Source: Carcharhinus amblyrhynchos (lineage: Eukaryota). Taken from it: a DNA stretch of 64,000 bases. The DNA lies in contig OZ336880.1 in the NCBI GenBank assembly GCA_965287045.1, forward strand, positions 64,294,001 through 64,358,000. The letters run 5' to 3'. A model generated the notes under the pieces. The model did no database searches. It saw nothing but the letters and a program-made list of their open reading frames with translations, and had not been told where the DNA came from. The translations under genes and the position numbers were made by a program. Positions 11,606-23,275 of this stretch are shown one piece after another; positions within the stretch are counted from its first letter, which is position 1; every line of letters begins with the position of its first letter.

Positions 11606-11838
11606 CATATAATGAGGCCCATGTGACCTTGAAGAAGATCCTGGCTGATAGATAGCTTGAAAGGAAGTCATTGAAAATCACATAATCTAACTGGGGCAAT
11701 GAAATGTAATAAGTTCTTAGGGCTTCTCCATGAGTTGTATTGACCAGTAATTATGCATGGCATCAAGTTACTAAATGGTTGTTGCAACTGCAAAATTCCA
11801 ATTAAATTCTCCTGATGGGGATACTTTGTAAGGACAAT

Positions 11839-11903
11839 GGCTGGAATTCTCAGCCAAATCTCCAGAGAATCCCTTTGGCGTGAATGGCTGGAGAATCCCA
11901 TCC
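11839..11903. mobile_element. 65-bp MITE, 3-bp TSD AAT
   Basis: ggctggaattctc...gagaatcccatcc imperfect TIRs; aat at 11836-38 and 11904-06. Confidence 0.65.
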
Positions 11904-13167
11904 AATGTTTCAAAGTTGTGTTCAAATGTCTTGAATTGGGTCACACACGCAATGATTTGCTCTTTTTTATGACATGTCATTGAGCTGCACCGATCTGCGT
12001 GCTCTTCTAATGATTCAATTTTTCACCATTTTGTCTAGTTCACACTTAAAATTTTCTTGCAAGTGAATGGTGCACTTATTTGCTTGATAAATTGATGGAC
12101 TTGCATTCTCTTGCATGTGTAATTTTGCAGCTGCTTTGAAACTGCCAATTTAAACGGTCTGCACATTTTGATGTTAGATCATGAACTGAGGCAATTGGAG
12201 TAGTTTCTGGGCTTGATCTGCTCTATGATGTCAGACTGATTCCATGGATTATTACCAGTATAGTTCACAACATGCCAGTAGACCTGCAGCTGTGGGGCCT
12301 TTAGTTTCTACATGTACAATATCTACAATGGACATTCAAGAAAATTGATTGTTCTTGCAAACCAGAACTATGGAATCTGCCTACGAAATGAATGGTCCAT
12401 TGTATACAATAACTTTCACGGCAGTAATTTTTGCCATGGCCTTCCGCATCTATGGATGCCAGACTTATATAATTTGCAGGGCTAGTATGCTGGAACATTC
12501 TCCTCTGCCAACCTTGGCTAATAACGAATAGTTATTCTTGGGACAGATAATTCGAATCATATTAAACATTTTGGAAAGTGTGATGGCACCTATGTTTTCC
12601 AAGAGACAGACAATGGAAAACATGTGCTCACTGAACTTCATCTCGCCATGCACATCATCATCATTTTCTGGTTTGTCAATCACCTTGGATAAATTTTTGT
12701 CGGGATAAAGGTTGTTTTTTTTATTGCTTTAAGATACTCATTATATTTAGTTTGCAGCTGCATTAGCCTCTGTTCTAGAACTTCTTCGCTGCCATATGCC
12801 TTGCAGATTTGATGAAAAACTGGGCATTTCCTTGCTGCATGTGGAAGGCCATACCTTCAATGTCTTGCTAGACTTGTGCATTCTAGTGAATATATCAGCA
12901 GTTGGTCCTCATGATGTGTTGTCCCACTCAGGGAACTGTCAAGCTATGCACTACAATTGAACCACGAAGCATTTCCCTGCACACCAGTCCTTTTCTTGAG
13001 CTCTAGTTTGGTGTTGTGCCTACAAAGCTTTTTGTCACAGTCAACACTCTCTGACACCGTGGTGTGACCAAAATGCCAAGGGTCTTCTTGTGCCATGTAG
13101 CAAAATCTAAGGCTGTTCACCATGTCATTCCTATACTTAATCTTGCTGCCAGCTATCTTACTAACCC

Positions 13168-13445
13168 TGTTGTGTTATTACATGTTGTGTTATTTTCATG
13201 ATATAAACCTTGGGTTTATTTTACATGAAGTAAGGCACCAATCACTCATAAGGGATTGAGTAAATACTTTGTGTGTTCATTTATTAAGACTAGGTACATG
13301 AGATCAATCATACATGGATATAACGCTTAAAAACACCAGAGCTGTGTGTAGGTGCTCTGCTTAAAGCAAAACTGAAACTAAGATTGGATCACATGACACA
13401 TTTCTCTTTTTGTGATGTTGATATCACTTAAAGGCATATTACAAT
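13168..13445 (-). mobile_element. LTR (solo, or 5' LTR of the adjacent Gypsy)
   Basis: Minus strand begins tgtaatatgcctttaag (similar start to 47781 LTR), has AATAAA, ends ...cacaaca. Confidence 0.5.
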
Positions 13446-13929
13446 AATGTACTCAATCTAGTGTTCGTAACTACTTGTCCATACAAGTGAGGTCTCCTGC
13501 CACTAATCCTATAAACTCAGATGGGCCCAACACTGGAGGACATCACTGGACATCATTCCAGCATAACTTCTGCAACCACAACCCAAAGAATTCTAGGCCC
13601 CAAACTTGGCTTTCTCAACCCATTAAGTGAAAAATTCTCACGCTGATTTACAAAATATCAATGTTCAGTTCATCTACTGAAAGGAAGTGTGTTACCATTC
13701 TTTGTTCCTTAATACGTTGCTTGGGTGATGACTATTTCCCAATGACCGTCAAAAAGTTAACAAGTTTTGAAACATTATAGGGGTGATATGGAGCTGTCTG
13801 TTAAAACTCCTTTCACTCAGATGGGACAATTATAAGAATAGCAAGGGTCAAGGAGGATGTTTTGGGTGTTACTTTGAAACCAAAAATCATCCAATAGCTA
13901 TGAATGAAATTGCATTTCCTAAAGTTAAA

Positions 13930-14515
13930 CTTCAAACAGGGTATTAAGTAATAGAAGTGGATGCAAAAAGTGCAAGTTTGAATTTGTGACATGGTCATTC
14001 TATAAAGCACTGGTGGGACCAGATTAAATTATTGCATTCAATTCAAGCCATGAACCTATGAAAAGATAAGAGGATATTGAAAATGGTCAAAAATGGCAAT
14101 AAGGATGATTTCTGGTCTTGGTTTGTTGAATTGTAAGTAAAGGTTTATGGAGTTCAATTCAATTACTGAAAAATGATTGAAGAAGGAATTTCATTTAAAT
14201 GAATAAATCATGTTGGGCATTGATAAGGTGGAGTGGAAAAGTATTTTAGATAGAACCAGAAGGAAAAAAGGAAGGCAACATGATTTTAAGTTTAGGATAT
14301 TGTGGGTTTAAAGTATCTTAAGGTGCAACTTTTTCAAACTTAAGAGTTGTGGGGTGCGATCTTACTTCCCATTCATGCCATACTCCCGCTGCAACAAAGA
14401 CGGAGAATTTGGTGATGGGCTAAAACTCCTTTCACTGCAGTGGGAGGGAAATTCCCACTAGCCTAAATGGTCAGAAAATTTTGGCCGTGAACTTGTGGAG
14501 TGAATTGTGCTGCTA
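13930..14515 (+). mobile_element. Very old CR1 3' fragment
   Basis: Residual GIDKVE and FKL.RVV|NLWSEL motifs, the latter split by a MITE. Confidence 0.55.
14352..14486. mobile_element. MITE, 3-bp TSD GTG
   Basis: gtg at 14349-51 and 14487-89; excision restores CR1 agagttgtgaacttgtgg; degenerate TIRs gggtgcgatctt / aaaattttggcc. Confidence 0.7.
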
Positions 14516-14687
14516 TCTCAATACTCAATGTTATCTCAATACTTGGGACTGAAAAAAAAATACATTCACCGTATTTATTTTCAAATGGTTCTCAGTCAAG
14601 GTGACATTGGGAAACCTCCATAACTGTTTCCAAGTTAATTTACCAGAAAAGGCATTGTCTTATGGGTCAGTTTCCTCTTCACTGTCT

Positions 14688-14783
14688 GGGGTATAATAGC
14701 ATAGTGGTAATGTTACTGAACCAGTAATTCAGTAGACCTGGACTAAAGATCTGAAGTCATGAGTTCAAATCCTACCTGGCAGC
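14688..14783 (+). mobile_element. tRNA-like head of second SINE family
   Basis: A-box tagcatagtgg and B-box gagttcaaatcc; same head as 20535 and 15350(-). Confidence 0.6.
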
Positions 14784-14999
14784 CAGCTATTAACTAAGTT
14801 AACAAATGTTAATAAATGTTTATAAGACTGTGCATTAATGTCATGGTGATTGTGGCAATGGAATTACAACATTGTTCTCAAAACAAAGCAGGGATCGTCT
14901 TTGAATATTTTAAAACATTTTCTTGAGTAATATGTCCTGAAAATGGGAGCAAATGGGAAGTATTTTTAGTCCAAATATGGGACATGTGTGTTGCTGCAT

Positions 15000-15352
15000 G
15001 GCCATCCCTTTGATGGCAGTTGAGAGTCCATAAGATATAGGAGCAGAATTAGGCCATTCGACCCATCAGGTGTGCATAGCAGTCAACCACATTGCTATGG
15101 CTCTGGAATCACAGTAGGCCAGACCAAGTAAGGACGGCAGATTTCCTTCCCTAAAGGACATTAGTAAACCAGACGGGTTTTTCTGACAATAGACAATGAC
15201 TTCATGATCATCAGTAGATTCTTAATTCCAGATATTTTTTATTAAATTCAAATCTGCCATGGTGAGATTTGAACCTGGGTCCCTAGAACATTAGCTGAGT
15301 TTCTGGATTAATAGTCCAGTGACAATACCACTAGTCCATCAAACACCTCCCC
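15000..15352 (-). mobile_element. Second SINE family copy, interrupted by a ~45-bp CR1 tail
   Basis: Reverse complement matches 20535-21276 (ggaaggaaatctgccgtccttac, gtggttgactctcaactg); CR1 tail cataagatataggagcag at ~15029. Confidence 0.75.
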
Positions 15353-15784
15353 ACTATGCATGAAGATGTTAGGTCGCATTCTTGGTGTCATCACACCAGT
15401 CTGGACAATATGGCTAGTGGGTAGACCTGGAAATCAGTATTCAGATTGAAGGTAATAAATAGGCATGTTCATTCAAAAGGCAATGTCATAATACTTGCAG
15501 AATGGAGTAGAACATTTTTAGGGTGGAGTTCACACAAACTGTATTTCCTACTTTTCAACAGACAAGTTATGGTGACAGGTTGTGGCAGAGTTAAATCTGG
15601 CTGTTGTGTATTTTTGGTTGCTGGAAGTGCATTGTGGAAGAAAAAGATATATACTGACTTAAATTCATGATTTAAAAACCTGTGTTGCATGAAGAGAGGT
15701 CCATTTCTGTATTATATTGCTAAAGAAGTCAAAATGACCCCTTAAATTATGGGCTCACGGCTGATGAGCTCCAATAGTGGATAA

Positions 15785-18700
15785 GAAAAATAGAAAAATA
15801 AATATTAGAAGCAGGAGTAGACCATTCAGCCCTTCTAGCCTACTTTCCGTTCAATATGATCATGAATGTTCCTCTACCTCAACGGCATGCTTGTAATTTC
15901 TCCCCATACCCCTTGTCACCTTTGGAGTTTAGAAATCTATTTAAATATATTTGGTGACTTGGCCTCCGTAACCTTTGCCAACCTCTGAGTGAAGAAGTTT
16001 CTCCTGGTCTCAGATTTAAATGGTCTACTCTTTATCCTGAGATTGTAACCACTTGTTCTAGACCACCCAGCCAGAGGAAACAACATCTGTGCATCCAGTC
16101 TATCCAGACCTGGAAAAACTTTACACATTTCAATTAGATCCCCTCTCATTCTTCTAAATTCGAGTCAATACAGGTCCAGTCGACCCAACCTTTCTTCATA
16201 ATAAAACACTGCCATCTCAGGAATCAGTCTGGTGAACTTCTGCCGCACTCCCTCTACGGAATATTTTTCTTTTTTAGTAGGGGGACTTAAACTGCACAGA
16301 ATCCTCCAAGTATAGTCTCACCATGGCCCTGTGCAGCTTAGTAAGATATACTTGCTCCTGTACACAAGGCCTCTTGCAATGAAGGCCAACATACTATTTG
16401 CCTTCCTAAAACATTGCTGTATCTCTGCACTTGCTTTCAGTGACTGGTGTACTAGGTCACCCAGCTCCCTCTGTATGTCAGCATAAGAACATAAGAACAT
16501 AAGAAATAGGAGCAGGAGTAGGCCATCTAGCCCCTCGAGTCTGCGCCGCCATTCGATAAGATAATGGCTGATCTGTCGTGTCTCAGTTCCACATTCCTGC
16601 CCTCTCCCCATAACCCTTAATCCCCTTGCCTATCAAAAACCTATCAACCCGCGTCTTAAATATATTTAGCGAGGCATCCTCCACCACTTCAATGGGCAGA
16701 GAATTCCAGAGATTCACCACCCTTTGAGTGAAGAAGTTCCTCCTCAACTCCATTCTAAACCACCCCCCCTTTATCTTGAGGCTGTGCCCTCTAGTCCTAC
16801 TGTCCTTTCTGAGCGGGAAGAGCCTCTCCACCTCTATCCTATCCATCCCATTCATCATCTTATATGTCTCAATGAGATCTCCCCTCATTCTTCTAAACTC
16901 TAACGAGTACAAGCCTAGTTTATTCAGCCTCTCCTCATAGTTCAACCCCCTCAACTCCGGTATCAGCCTAGTAAACCTCCTCTGCACTCCCTCCAAGGCC
17001 AAAATATCCTTGCGTAAGTGCGGCGACCAAAACTGCACACAGTACTCCAGCTGTGGCCTCACCAGTGCCCTGTACAGTTGCAGCATGACCTCCCTACTTT
17101 TATATTCAATCCCCCTCGCTATGAAGGCCAGCATCCCATTCGCCTTCCTGACCACCTGCTGCACCTGCAGGCTGGGTTTTTGTGACTCATGCACAAGGAC
17201 CCCGAGGTCCCGCTGCACCGTCGCATGCTGCAGTTTTTCACCATGTAAGTCATAGTCCTTCCTACCATTATTCCTACCAAAGTAGACAACTTCACACTTG
17301 CCAACATTAAATTCCATTTGCCAGTTCCTGGCCCATTCACCCAGCCTATCTAGATCCTTCTGCAGACTCTCCACACCCTCTGCACAATTTGCCGTTCCAC
17401 CAATTTTGGTGTTATCAGCAAATTTCGACACCATACACTCGGCTCCCTTCTCCAGATCATCTATATAAATGGTAAATAGCTGAGGCCCCAGCACCGATGC
17501 CTGGGGCACTCCACTAGTCACCAACCACCAATCCGAATAGCACCCATTGACCCCAATTCTCTGCCTCCTATTTGACAGCCAATCCCCTATCCACGCTAAC
17601 ACCCTACCCCCAACTCCATGCCCCCTGACCTTCTGTAATAACCTCTTGTGAGGCACCTTATCAAACGTCTTCTGAAAATCAAGAAATTCCACATCCACCG
17701 GCTCTCCTCTATCCACCGCCCTAGACACATCCTCATAGAACTCCAATAAATTCGTCAGACATGACTTCCCCTTAACGAAACCGTGCTGCGTCTGCTCTAT
17801 CAAACAATTCTCCTCAAGATGCCTCGCTATTTTCTCCTTGATCACGGACTCTAACATTTTACCTACAACAGAAGTTAAACTAACCGGCCTATTATTCCCC
17901 GCCTTTTGCCTGCCACCCTTCTTAAACAACGGCGTAACATTAGCCGTTTTCCAATCTTCCGGCACTTCCTCGGAATCCAGCGACATTTGGAAAATAATCA
18001 CCAAGGCATTTCCAAACTTATCAGCATTTAGATAATATACTGCCATTCTGTTTCTCCATCCAAAGTGGATAGCTTCACATTTATCTACATTATCCTGCAA
18101 CTGCCATTTGTCTACTCACTCAACTTCATTAAGTCCGCTTGAAGCCTCTTAACATGCTCCTCACCACTCACTTTCCTGTCAAGCTTTGCGTTGGCAGCAA
18201 ACTTGAAAATATTGCATTTCGTTCCCTCATCCAAATCACTGATGTGTATTTTAAAAAGCATTGATCCCTGTGGGACTTCACAAGTCACTCCTTGCCATTT
18301 TGAAAATGACCCACTTATTCCTACTCTCTACATTTTGCCTGCTAACCAATTTTCAATGCATGCCAATATATAATACCCAATCCCATGTACTTTAATTTTG
18401 CACACCAATCTCTTATGAGGAATTTTATCAAAAGCATTCTTAAAATCCAAATATACCACATCCACTGGTTCACCTTATTTATTCTATTCATTACAGCCTC
18501 AAAAATCTTTAGTGGTTTTGTCAAGAATGATTTTGCTTTCATAAATCCATGCTGATTTTGTTTAATCCCATTGACATTTCCTATGTGTCCTGTTATCACA
18601 TCCATTATAATAGACTCGAACATATTCCCTGCTACTGATGTCAGGCAAACCAGCCTAGAATTCCTTCTTTTCTCCCTCCCTTCTTTTTCAAATAGCAGTT

Positions 18701-19105
18701 TTACATTTGCCACCCTCCATTCTGGAAGGACTGTTCCAGAATCTACAGAATTTGAAAGATGATAACCAGTGCATCCATTATTTCCATGGCCACCAGCTTT
18801 ATTATTCTGGGATGTAGATTATTGGACCCTGGGGATTTATCTATTGCACTTTCTTTCGTAATACTAATTTCCTTCCACTCTTCCCTCTCGTTAGACCCTT
18901 GGTTTCTTAGCATTTCTGGGAAGTTATTTATATCTTCCTTCATGAGGACAGAACTAAAATAGTTGTTTAATTGCTCTGCCATTTACTTGTTCTTTATTTT
19001 TTTTTCCTTTTTCAGATTGTATGGGACCTAATTTTATTTCTTTTATACAATTATAGAAGCTTTTACAGTCCAGCTTTATGTTACAGGCAAGTTTACTCTC
19101 ACGAT
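15785..19105 (-). mobile_element. Old degenerate CR1 LINE, split by a young CR1
   Basis: ORF fragments MAEQLNNYFSSV, QHGFMKAKS, MRGDLIE...RRNFFTQR; sequence tcagcat|ttccaaac rejoins across 16480/18005. Confidence 0.9.
16482..18004 (-). mobile_element. Young 5'-truncated CR1 (RT to 3' end), TTCTTATG tail
   Basis: Open frame from LVIIFQMSLD to stop at 16583; catalytic motif mutated to FADN and GVPQA; gcat duplicated at junctions. Confidence 0.92.
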
Positions 19106-19108
19106 TAA

Positions 19109-19315
19109 GGCCAGAATTTACCAGCCATTTACGCCAATGGGATTCCCTGGTTCTGCTGATGGTGCACCCCTGCCACAAGTTTCTTGGCGGCATGGATGGC
19201 TTCAATTGGAGTTCCCAATGACAGCGATGGGACCAAAAGATCCTGCTGCTGGCAAACAGTACAGTGCCTCCTGCCACTCAGAAAAACACTGAGGCTAAGC
19301 CAAAGAATCTTGCCC
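19109..19315. mobile_element. MITE, 3-bp TSD TAA (PIF/Harbinger-type)
   Basis: taa at 19106-08 and 19316-18; ends ggccagaattt / gaatcttgccc. Confidence 0.7.
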
Positions 19316-19481
19316 TAAATTTAAGCATTCTCTCATACCATACCTACAGGATATTTCAATATCTTCTTTGGAAAAGCAGAAATATTTGGTACAGATTTGA
19401 ATGCAACATTATTTATTTTTAGGGAAAATCAGTTATCACATTGGAGAATGTGATAGTTCTGCATATTTAATAACACTACAT

Positions 19482-19609
19482 GGGCGGAATTTTACTGGCA
19501 CGTCAGCCCAAGATTTGTATGATCCCACCTGAGGCTAACAGAGAATGCCATTCTTCGAGCCTCGCCTGCCCCTGGAATCCGGGTGGGTGTGCCAGTAAAA
19601 TTCCGGGCT
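19482..19609. mobile_element. MITE with 17-bp perfect inverted arms, TSD CAT
   Basis: cggaattttactggcac / gtgccagtaaaattccg; cat at 19479-81 and 19610-12; interior similar to 53037-53162. Confidence 0.8.
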
Positions 19610-20693
19610 CATATGTACAAAAAAGATGCCAGCTGATGCAGATTTCAAATTCTCTGAAAAAAATACATAAAAGGCTGCTCATAAATTTTGAGTGCAGCGG
19701 CATAACCAGGGCTGCATTTTTTTTTCAAAATAGCTCATACTTACAAATTGTACTGAAAACACCACTGAGAATCTAAGATTAATTTGAAAAGTTTACATTT
19801 TCAAAATATTGTGAGTGCCATTTGTTCAATTTTCTGAAATCACATTTTTTGATATTTTGCAGATTGATTTTCTGACATTATTTCTCAATTGCTGCTGCAT
19901 GCACAGATTTCAGCATGAAAAATAAGCAAGGCATGCATCCATATAAGAACAGACTTACTAACAAATTCTCAAGTGATTCTGGTCCTAAAAGAGGTTTATT
20001 ATTTGGAGTCTTTTTTTTACAGAGCAATCATAGGTGTGTGAATAGTCTTGCATTTTTTGGTGTTGTTAACCTTGAAAAATGGCTGCCTCCAATTTATTTC
20101 TACTTAAATGTTCTATTGCTCACCCTTACTTTAAACAGGAGTGAAAGCAAGGTGGGTACAAAGATTCTGAACAGCTTACACTATGACTGATATTTTCTGT
20201 GTTTGCAGTTGGTATAAAGGAAGAAAAGGTTGAGGACACAAAAGGACAACAGACAGGATAGAATCCTTAAACCCCAGCATCGAGTACCCATAGGAACTGG
20301 CCACACAATGCTCATGGTTCCCAGACAGGTGGTTCCTAAATTGCACCCGGCAATGATTTGGCAAGAATAAACCATTCCTTAGGGGATTGTGGCACCTAAA
20401 ATGACATTGAATCTTTGCTAAGGCCTGAACACCTTGCTGCATGCTTGAGCATTGAGCTGCAGCAAGAAAAATCCTCTGTACTATTAAAAGGAATAATTGG
20501 ACCACCATATCCTTTAGGGCACTACACTTCAGGGAAATGGTGGCGTAAAATCAATGTCAGTGGACTAATAATCCGAAGACTCAGGCTAATACCAAGGAGA
20601 CTTAGGTTGAAATCCCACCACGGCAGCTGGTGGAATCTAAATTCAATTAATAAAAATAAATCTGGAATTGCAATCTAACCATTTGGTAATGGT

Positions 20694-20965
20694 TAAAAGT
20701 TTAAAGTTTCGAAAGTTTACACTTATTTATTAGTGTCACAAGTAGGCTTACATTAGCACTGCGGTGAAGTTACAGTTTGGGTACACTGAGGGAGAATTTA
20801 GTATGGCCAATGCACCTAACCAGCACATCTTTTGAACTGTGGGAGAAAAGGGGAGTACCTTGAGGAAAGACATGCAGACAGGGGAAGAACATGTGGGCTC
20901 CACACAGTCAGTGACCCAAGCCAGGAATCGAACCTGGTTCCCTGGCGTTCTGAGGCAGCAGTGAC
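20694..20965 (-). mobile_element. tRNA-derived SINE, tail B
   Basis: Head (ggaatcgaacct..gtccctggcg.tctgaggcagcagtg), body and tail B all present. Confidence 0.85.
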
Positions 20966-21115
20966 CCACCTGGTTCACTAATATCCTTTAAGGAAGGAAA
21001 TCTACTGTCCTTACCCAGTCTGGTCTACATGTGACTCCAGACTCATAGGAATGTGATTCTATGAAGTGGCCTAGCCAGCCACTCAGCTCAAGGATAATTA
21101 GGGATGGACAACAAT

Positions 21116-21228
21116 TACTCTGTGGAGAGACAATTGAGCTGACATGTTGAGTCTGGATGACACTTTGTCAGACCTGCTGAGAAATGCCTTGTTTCAGATA
21201 CCAGCATCTGCTGTAATTTACTTTTAAA
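21116..21228. mobile_element. Penelope-like pseudo-LTR fragment (family 2), inverted junction
   Basis: Minus: ctgacaaagtgtcatccagactcaacatgtcagctc (decayed hammerhead), then forward gacctgctgag...cagcatctgc.gta.tt. Confidence 0.55.
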
Positions 21229-21811
21229 TTACTGGCCTTGCCAGTGATGCTCACATACTATGAATGAATAAGAAAATCAGGCTACGTAGAAAAGGATATT
21301 ACTCAGTCAGTATACTTGTGATTGTATCTGCTTCCAATCTGGGCATCCTTCACATTTATGACAAATATCTCCTGAAATTGCCACAAGTCCAAGATCCTGG
21401 AACATTCTAAGATCTGGTGAAGGTACTTGCAGGCTAAAGTTCTTGTTTTGGGGATACTTGATTATTGTCTTCAGCCTTGCATGTTGACATCAATCACAAT
21501 GTCACGTAATAAGGCTGAAGAATGCTACAAGGAGGTACATACTCAAACCAGGATGCTCCCGGTTTTGGAGTTTTGAGACAAGATTTCTTTAGCCTGGACA
21601 TATGGATGAAGCGGAGCACTCAGGCAGGCTGCACAGGAGATACATCAAAAATGTGTTCAAAGTAGTGATTGCATGCTGCTTGCTTCATCACAAAGCATTT
21701 GAGAGAGGTTTGGTTTTCGTGCAGAAGACCAGTGAACTTTTGGAGAGTGAGCAATTAGACAACAGAATTGAGATTCACCTAATGTGGATTAATATCAGGC
21801 AGTCAATGGCA

Positions 21812-22133
21812 TCATAGAATCCTACAGTGCAGAAGGAAGCCATTCGTACCATCAAGTCTGCGCCAACCACAATCCCACCCAGACCTTACTCATTCAACCT
21901 CATGCATTTACCCGTGCTAGTCCCCCTGACACTAAGGGGAAATTTAGCATGGCCAATCCACCTAACCCGCACATCTTTGGATCATGGGAGGAAACTGGAG
22001 CACCCAGAGGAAAGCCACACAGACAGAGGGAGAACATGCAAACTCCACGCTGACAAGGACCAAAGCCAGGAATTGTACCAGGTCCCTAGCGCTGAGAGGC
22101 AGCAGTGCTAATCGTTGTGCCATCATGTTGCCC
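21812..22133 (-). mobile_element. HE1-like SINE, tail A, full length
   Basis: catagaatcctacagtgcagaagg tail through gaggcagcagtgctaa head. Confidence 0.9.
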
Positions 22134-23001
22134 ATCTGTTATCAGCAGATGACAATTGCATTTTTTAGCAAAGATGCCACATTCTACTGTTGTTGATATG
22201 TAGTGTGAACAATGTTGATATACCTTACCTTGAAGCTTAAGCTGAGGTATGATCCCATTTTGGAACTAATACCTATTAATCTCTGTGGAGTGTGCTCCTT
22301 TTGTGCTGTTTTTCCTCCAGCTCTACCTCTGAAAGAGGCTGCCAAATTTGAACATGCAAAGACTGAACGGCAAAAAGAAATGTCCAGCTTTGTCTGTCCA
22401 CAAACAACACTGACAATCCAACACTGGATCCAACACAAGTGTAGGATGTTGTTGCTGCCACCATCATTCCCCATCCGCCTTTCAAGGATTTGTGCAAACT
22501 GCATCGTTACTCAGGGCTCAATGACTGGACAGGAGACTTCTAAGTAAGAGCATCAGGGGTAACAATTTCTACTAAACTGCAGAGCAGGGGCCGAGTCAGT
22601 TCATGGAAGCAGATCAGTTGACAATCCTGTGGTCCATACTTTCTGCAGAAATTCAAAGCCAGCATTTACAATTTCTTGCACTCTGGCAATTAATACATCC
22701 ATCAAAATACCTTCCGAATTTCCTTATAAACTGCATCCATATACATTCCCCCAGTCTACTACTTTGAATACTTAATCAGAAATACAATGATATTGTTCGG
22801 ACATGATACTCCATACAGAGCTATGTTATTCTCCTTTTGTCAACTCAAATTTCTCCAAGTTACACTTGCTGCACACTGGCACAAATTCAGCTCAGGTTTA
22901 CAGAGTGTGTTTGATGGTCAATACTCTAGCAGGTATATTTGATTGATGTTGGGTATGGGCGAAGGAGCAGCCCCTGTTTGTCCTTGCTTTGACTCCACCT
23001 A

Positions 23002-23275
23002 CACTGCTGCCTCACAGCGGCAGGGACATGGGTTTGATTACTGACTCATGTCACTGTCTGTGTGGAGTCTTCACGTTCTCCTTGTTTCTTTGTTGGTGTG
23101 CTCTAGTTTCCTCCCATAGTCCAAAAGACATGCTGGTTAGGTGCATTTGCCATGCTAAATTCTCCCTCAGCATTCCGAACAGGCACCGGAGTGTGACAGC
23201 TAGGGGATTTTCAAAGTAACCTCGTTGCAGTATTAATGTAAGTTTACTTGTGACACTAGTAAATAAACTTAAACT
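23002..23275 (+). mobile_element. tRNA-derived SINE, tail B
   Basis: cactgctgcctcacagc...cttgtgacactagtaaataaacttaaact. Confidence 0.85.

Larger units (their letters stand above)
11285..13060 (-). mobile_element. Decayed Gypsy LTR retrotransposon internal region (gag knuckle, protease, RT)
   Basis: Minus hand translations: GLPHAARKCP (knuckle-like), IVHVETKGPTAAGLLACCEL (protease end), KCTIHLQENFKCELDKM (RT start), LPFKLSISQDLLQGHM...CITDDII...EHDHNL...GLVFS..KC (RT core). PBS-like cggtgtcagagagtg at 13045-13059, similar to the tRNA-Leu PBS TGGTGTCAGAAGTG. Confidence 0.8.
20535..21276 (+). mobile_element. Second SINE family copy with LINE-derived tail, twice interrupted
   Basis: Head ggactaataatccga...ggttgaaatcccaccacggcagc; resumes 20965; tail attagggatgg...ctggccttgccagtgatgctcacat..atgaatgaataa. 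Confidence 0.75.
20195..21730 (+). pseudogene. Decayed PIF/Harbinger transposase interrupted by nested SINE/Penelope insertions
   Basis: From ~21282: LRRKGYYSVSILVIVS (motif RKGYxSxNV), VLGD, KAEECYKEVHTQTR..FGVL, VVIACCLLHH (motif ACCxLHN). The N-terminal part 20195-20530 (HRVPI..LAT) is weaker. Confidence 0.65.
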
